Shown piece after piece: positions 35,384 through 39,579 of a stretch of 39,579 bases of DNA. Position 1 is the first letter of the stretch. Every line of letters starts with the position of its first letter. The position numbers and the translations under genes are program-made. Below the pieces are notes generated by a model. It was not told where the DNA came from, did not search any database, and saw only the letters and a list, made by a program, of their open reading frames with translations. Source of the DNA: a virus; UHGV virus genome UHGV-0251828, one strand, 5' to 3'.

Positions 35384-38233
35384 TTACTTATTTTTTTCCA
35401 TTGGTTCAGCCTTATTGAGTTGTTCCTTAAGCTTATTCCATGCTGAATCCTCAGGCATCTGTACTCGCACAGAAACGAACTGATTAGCAGGAATGTCGAT
35501 CGGGTCACCGTTCGAAACACCAGGGATGTCGTTACGTGCAAAAACTGGCGAGTTATCATGAGTGCGGTGAAACGTTTTCACCAACACAGAGCCATCTTGG
35601 TTAACAACATAATCCAGCCAGATGAGCGGCTGCTTGTTTCGGTCCTGCGGTATTTCAAATCCACCATCAATCCCCCCCCATGAAGCATCTGCATTCAGAC
35701 CTACGCAACCCTCAATCAGATATTCCCCCAATGCCAGCCGTGTGACGGTTACCCCATCTGATTCGCGATTTGTTTCACTACTACCGTCTGAGAAAATCTT
35801 CACAACCGGAGAGGCTTTTTTGATGAAACCACTTGAATCGACGGTCGTGTTCAGCGACGACCATGCCTCAGCCCAGCCTGTGTTACCTGCGCGAATAGCA
35901 TCGTCTGCGTAGCGGAAGAACAGTTTTGATGTTGTGGACATGAATATCTGCAACACACGGTTTTTTGCATATCCTGACTCCCATAATGCTCCGTTACCTG
36001 TTCCTTCTGGCTGCCAGTTTGTCACCCCACCTGCAGCTCCTACACTTACACCAGTAGACCAGTCTCCAGCAAATTCTGGAAGATTTAGTGAGTTAGGTGA
36101 GCGAATTGATACATCAACCAGACCAGGGGATCCGAGAATCGACATGCTGCGGGAGGACACCTTAGTAAAAGAGTTGTACCCGCCGTTTTTGGAAATCCTT
36201 CCTGTATAATTATTAGCCCTGTTAGTTCCATTAACTGTAATTTCCCAGGTATCGCCGTTGATGAAGTCGATCTGCAATAGGCAGAATGCTGGCAGCGTCA
36301 TCTGTCCTGGCGCAGATGGCCCACCTTCAAACAGTGGCATATCCTGTTCAAGATATGTCACATATCTACCTGCATCTGTATTCCGCAAATAGTCACAAAT
36401 AGCCTGTGCCGATGTAAATAGCGCAATACCATCAGCCGGGTTTACAGGGTGACGGCCAGCGTTAATCACCCTTCCGCGAGGGTTAAATAACTGTGATGAG
36501 GCATTGGATAGCGGAGTCATGTCTACTGTTCCAGGTTCATTAGATGGACAGTTAGCGCGAATGATGTTTAAAGTCCTATAATTTGATCCGCCCCCATTGT
36601 CATAGCGAATAGACTGTAGAAGATACAATTCCTCAGAGCCAGAAATATCACAAGACTGCACCCCCTCATTTTCAGTGGAGTAAACACTCTTCCCTGAATA
36701 ACTATCCCAGTATGTTTTGAAATCTGCAGGTGACAGCAGGTACTGACCTAATTCTGAACCATTAAGGCTGTACTCAATATAACCCTGCAACCCTGCGAAA
36801 GTATTTCCAGATCCCGCCGTGGTAGATGCACCAATACCAGCAAATATCCGTTGAGAACCAAGAGCGACACCCTGCCGTTTTGGTTTACCGGCTCCGCGAC
36901 CTCCAACATTTGCATCAACCGTAATAGTCCCCATTGGACTGTAAGATCCTTCTATAAGGCTGTTAATATCCAGTGTGTTAAAGATATTGGATACACCTGT
37001 CTCAACATCAAAAATTTTCGGCCAACCCATATCCGCATTTTCGTATATCAGGGTATTACCAAAGCCACTAAACTGATATCGCACTCCAAGGCGTGTTGAT
37101 TCAGTGAAGTTTGTAATCTGCGTTTTATCAACCAGCGTACGCGGATCTTCGATAGGGTAAATTCTGATAGTGCGAGATGGGCTGTACGGCAGCAGGATGT
37201 AACGCTGTCCTGCCACTCGGTAAACGTGGATGCCTTCTGGTGCACCAACGTTATTCGGAAAATGAAGACGTGTTACCAATGCTCCTGTTACCCAGTCATG
37301 CACCGTAACCCATACCGATGCGGGGTCTAGCGTCTGCCAGCCGATGTATACCATTCCATCATTGCTGTCTATGTAAATCCCCTGAAATCCCATGGTCGTG
37401 TAACCATACTGATCTTTAAGATCTGCGGTAATCTCATCGTCTATGATGCTGAATTCTAATTTCCAGTTCAGCGGCCTACGCGTACCACTGACATGCCTGG
37501 AAATATGAGACAGGTAGCTTTTTTTCCCTCCGGCCAAAATGTAACGCGAGGTTATTTCTGTCACTATGCCGACTGCAGCAGGAGTAACACGATAAACAGC
37601 CCCATTAATCCTGACAAAGTTTGAAATGGTTTTTATCTCATACCCGACAGACATGTCCAAGCGAGAGCTGTCATATTTGCCATTAGCGAGATCTGTAACA
37701 TACATTGCGTTGTCGATGTTATCAGGCCTAACTACCCCACTATATAAGTCTTGCACATATTTTTTTGTTACAGCATCCTGAGAGTTCTTCGGATCGGCCA
37801 AATTGGAAATTCTGTTTTGCTTTGCATCGTAATATTTTGCAAGCAAAGATGGTTTCATCAATGCACGTCTGAACCACCCAAAACATCGCTGGATCAGCAT
37901 CGTCAGGTAGTCAAATGCATCTTCATGAACTTCGGGGAAAAATTTTCCCTGATTGCGAAGATCAGTCTCCTGCACCACATCAAGCACACGCTCTATCGTG
38001 ATTCGCCAGCCAGCAGCAAGCGGCGACGGAAGAACCACTGCACCGCCACTATAAGTTCCCGCCCCTGTTACTGTATAACCAGCATCCAGCACTAGTTCTG
38101 TTACGTTACCGTTAAGGTCAGACACCTGAACAACCAGGTCGGATTTTTTGAAAATACGGAAGGTATACGGAAATGATGTCGTAACGCCGTTACCTGTGTA
38201 TTCGTTGTGGTCAACTTCGGTTGAGACCGTCAT
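35384..38233 (-). CDS. tailspike protein
   Basis: 949-aa track ORF; GGAG SD; Ser/Gly/Asn-rich central region. Confidence 0.85.
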   Translation of the reverse strand: MTVSTEVDHNEYTGNGVTTSFPYTFRIFKKSDLVVQVSDLNGNVTELVLDAGYTVTGAGTYSGGAVVLPSPLAAGWRITIERVLDVVQETDLRNQGKFFPEVHEDAFDYLTMLIQRCFGWFRRALMKPSLLAKYYDAKQNRISNLADPKNSQDAVTKKYVQDLYSGVVRPDNIDNAMYVTDLANGKYDSSRLDMSVGYEIKTISNFVRINGAVYRVTPAAVGIVTEITSRYILAGGKKSYLSHISRHVSGTRRPLNWKLEFSIIDDEITADLKDQYGYTTMGFQGIYIDSNDGMVYIGWQTLDPASVWVTVHDWVTGALVTRLHFPNNVGAPEGIHVYRVAGQRYILLPYSPSRTIRIYPIEDPRTLVDKTQITNFTESTRLGVRYQFSGFGNTLIYENADMGWPKIFDVETGVSNIFNTLDINSLIEGSYSPMGTITVDANVGGRGAGKPKRQGVALGSQRIFAGIGASTTAGSGNTFAGLQGYIEYSLNGSELGQYLLSPADFKTYWDSYSGKSVYSTENEGVQSCDISGSEELYLLQSIRYDNGGGSNYRTLNIIRANCPSNEPGTVDMTPLSNASSQLFNPRGRVINAGRHPVNPADGIALFTSAQAICDYLRNTDAGRYVTYLEQDMPLFEGGPSAPGQMTLPAFCLLQIDFINGDTWEITVNGTNRANNYTGRISKNGGYNSFTKVSSRSMSILGSPGLVDVSIRSPNSLNLPEFAGDWSTGVSVGAAGGVTNWQPEGTGNGALWESGYAKNRVLQIFMSTTSKLFFRYADDAIRAGNTGWAEAWSSLNTTVDSSGFIKKASPVVKIFSDGSSETNRESDGVTVTRLALGEYLIEGCVGLNADASWGGIDGGFEIPQDRNKQPLIWLDYVVNQDGSVLVKTFHRTHDNSPVFARNDIPGVSNGDPIDIPANQFVSVRVQMPEDSAWNKLKEQLNKAEPMEKNK

Positions 38234-38318
38234 GTTAAATCTCCAGATAGTCGCAGCACCCGTTGCGCCGCATATCTGGTTATTCTATTACCTGAAAAAC
38301 CACATATGGATAGAAAGA

Positions 38319-38334
38319 CTGTGAATATGAACAG
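38319..38334. promoter_or_regulatory. LexA (SOS) box-like CTGTGAATATGAACAG
   Basis: Fits CTGT-N8-ACAG with AT-rich centre. Confidence 0.55.
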
Positions 38335-38337
38335 ATA

Positions 38338-38352
38338 TTACCTTTCGGGTAA
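38338..38352. promoter_or_regulatory. operator-family site TTACCTTTCGGGTAA between two LexA boxes
   Basis: Perfect half-sites. Confidence 0.55.
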
Positions 38353-38391
38353 TTTGCAAAACGTGCTGGATAGCAAACAAATTATTTGATA

Positions 38392-38407
38392 CTGTATAAA
38401 TATACAG
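38392..38407. promoter_or_regulatory. LexA (SOS) box CTGTATAAATATACAG
   Basis: Near-consensus CTGT-N8-ACAG palindrome 23 bp upstream of the 38415 ATG; TTGATA just 5'. Confidence 0.7.
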
Positions 38408-38429
38408 TTATTGCATGGAGAAGATTAAG

Positions 38430-38687
38430 ATGCAGCAGTATCACTATCCACTGGAAGACGGATTTACCGAAAGGATTCACACGCCGGGAGGCGTCAGGTC
38501 ACTGGTGGAAGGATCGCACTTGATGAAATTACTCCGGGATCTCGATAAGGATGGATTTAATGTCGATGGCCCACTTGCCGAACTGACTGCACTGATTAAC
38601 TACGTCACCAGCTCACAGATGTCTATGCGGGATCTGCAAACACATCTCGACTATTGTGCCGAACAATTACGAAAACAAACCAGATAA
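38430..38687 (+). CDS. SOS-regulated small protein (~85 aa), candidate small antirepressor
   Basis: ATG at 38430 with GGAG SD (track ORF starts at 38415). Confidence 0.5.
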   Translation: MQQYHYPLEDGFTERIHTPGGVRSLVEGSHLMKLLRDLDKDGFNVDGPLAELTALINYVTSSQMSMRDLQTHLDYCAEQLRKQTR

Positions 38688-38718
38688 GGTTTGCAATTAC
38701 CAAGTGGAGTGCTTATAT

Positions 38719-38733
38719 TTACCTTTGCGGTAA
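38719..38733. promoter_or_regulatory. operator-family site TTACCTTTGCGGTAA
   Basis: Perfect half-sites between the small SOS gene and the Bro-N gene. Confidence 0.55.
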
Positions 38734-38823
38734 ATTTACATAGCACTCCTCTTGTGCCATAGTAATCGGGCACTGGCAAAATCCAGTGCCGGGATTGGCG
38801 TCCCGAGTTACTAAGTGGCGCAT

Positions 38824-38847
38824 ACCACGCCAGACGTGGTTTTTTTA
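38824..38847 (+). terminator. intrinsic terminator-like hairpin in the leader of the Bro-N gene
   Basis: CCACG-CCAGA-CGTGG hairpin followed by TTTTTTT. Confidence 0.5.
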
Positions 38848-39002
38848 TGCGTTAAGCACAGCTATATCCGAATTATGGTGGGCTGGGCAGGGGTCCGAAA
38901 GGACGCCGGTACCACTTAGGCCGGTACGCCAACCTTGTCCAGTTCACCACCAGTAATTGGCGTTGCGGTGGTGATTAAAATCACTAAGTGGAGATAACCA
39001 CC

Positions 39003-39579
39003 ATGGCTAATGCTCAAACTGCCATCTTCAAATTTGAATCTGTTAACCCTATCCGTTCCATCATTATCGATGGCCAACCATGGTTTGTAGCCCAAGACGT
39101 TTGTAGTGCGCTGCGTATCCAAAACGTCACCCAAGCACTTGAAAAACTGGATGATGATGAAAGGTCTATGTTCAACATAGGGCATGAACATCGTGCAATT
39201 TTTGACAGCCGAGTAAAAGAGATCAACATCATCTCCGAGTCAGGCCTCTACACACTGATCCTCCGCTGCCGCGACGCAGTGACACCAGGCACTATCCCAT
39301 ACCGCTTTCGTAAATGGGTTACAGGTGAGGTTCTTCCTCAGATCCGCCGCACCGGAAGTTACATTAAAAACTCGCTCCCGCAGGAAGAGCGCATAAAGAT
39401 GGTTGCCGACCAGGTAGCCAACGCCACAGCATCAGCAGTGATGCAGGCGATGAAGATAGAGAACAAAACCTACAGTGCCCCACTGAAGCCCGGCTACCGC
39501 AGCCTGATTCATTCGCCGTCTGGTGTTCTCGGCCTGACGGAGAACTCACTGCTGATGAATCTGCTGAACCAGTTACAGG
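39003..39579 (+). CDS. Bro-N/KilA-type antirepressor-like protein, 3'-truncated by the window edge
   Basis: 192 codons without stop; GGAG SD; motif NPIRSIIIDGQPWFVAQDVCSAL. Confidence 0.7.
   Translation, partial: MANAQTAIFKFESVNPIRSIIIDGQPWFVAQDVCSALRIQNVTQALEKLDDDERSMFNIGHEHRAIFDSRVKEINIISESGLYTLILRCRDAVTPGTIPYRFRKWVTGEVLPQIRRTGSYIKNSLPQEERIKMVADQVANATASAVMQAMKIENKTYSAPLKPGYRSLIHSPSGVLGLTENSLLMNLLNQLQ

Noticed and set aside
1268-38233. Dedicated O-antigen conversion genes (Wzy-like polymerase, Oac acetyltransferase, gtrABC)
   Set aside because: No ORF encodes a large polytopic membrane protein or glycosyltransferase; only small membrane proteins are present.
1-39579. CRISPR arrays, IS elements, rRNA genes
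   Set aside because: No regularly spaced direct repeats with unique spacers, no transposase-like ORF with terminal inverted repeats, no rRNA-like sequence seen.
1-39579. Integrated prophage with attL/attR and host flanks
   Set aside because: No host-like genes at either end, and int, attP candidate and lysis genes are contiguous.

Overview
The window reads as one essentially complete temperate podovirus genome of enterobacterial type, most like epsilon15-like phages (family assignment is from memory of gene order and motifs, not a search). No host flanking genes are visible, and the CDS that runs off the 3' end (39003..39579) is in frame with the open frame at 1..134, so the window is probably a circular or permuted phage sequence rather than an integrated prophage with junctions. 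Minus strand 21043->1268: small and large terminase, a phage tRNA-Arg island on the opposite strand, portal, scaffold, major capsid, tail tubular A/B-like and four internal virion proteins, then two small membrane proteins. Minus strand 27181->21084: Cro-like, lambda O/P-like replication genes with in-gene iterons, nin-like small genes, and an Arg-rich zinc-ribbon protein just before a terminator and terS. Plus strand 27336->31765: tandem-HTH repressor, then an early-left operon (exonuclease, RecT, AlpA-like, PerC-like, MT-A70 methyltransferase). Minus strand 38233->31769: tailspike, holin/endolysin/Rz/Rz1, candidate attP, integrase. Most notable features beyond the backbone: (1) a 15-bp palindromic operator family TTACC-N5-GGTAA at 13 intergenic sites including every plus-strand accessory promoter; (2) a perfect 12-bp palindrome GTGACATGTCAC present three times, each just 5' of an intrinsic terminator; (3) an AT-rich island with a possible YafO-like toxin gene; (4) an SOS module with tandem LexA boxes upstream of a small ORF and a Bro-N antirepressor; (5) a tRNA-Arg(UCU) behind a ~300-nt structured leader. 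All coordinates were hand-counted and may be off by a few nt; all homology calls are from memory and motif reading.
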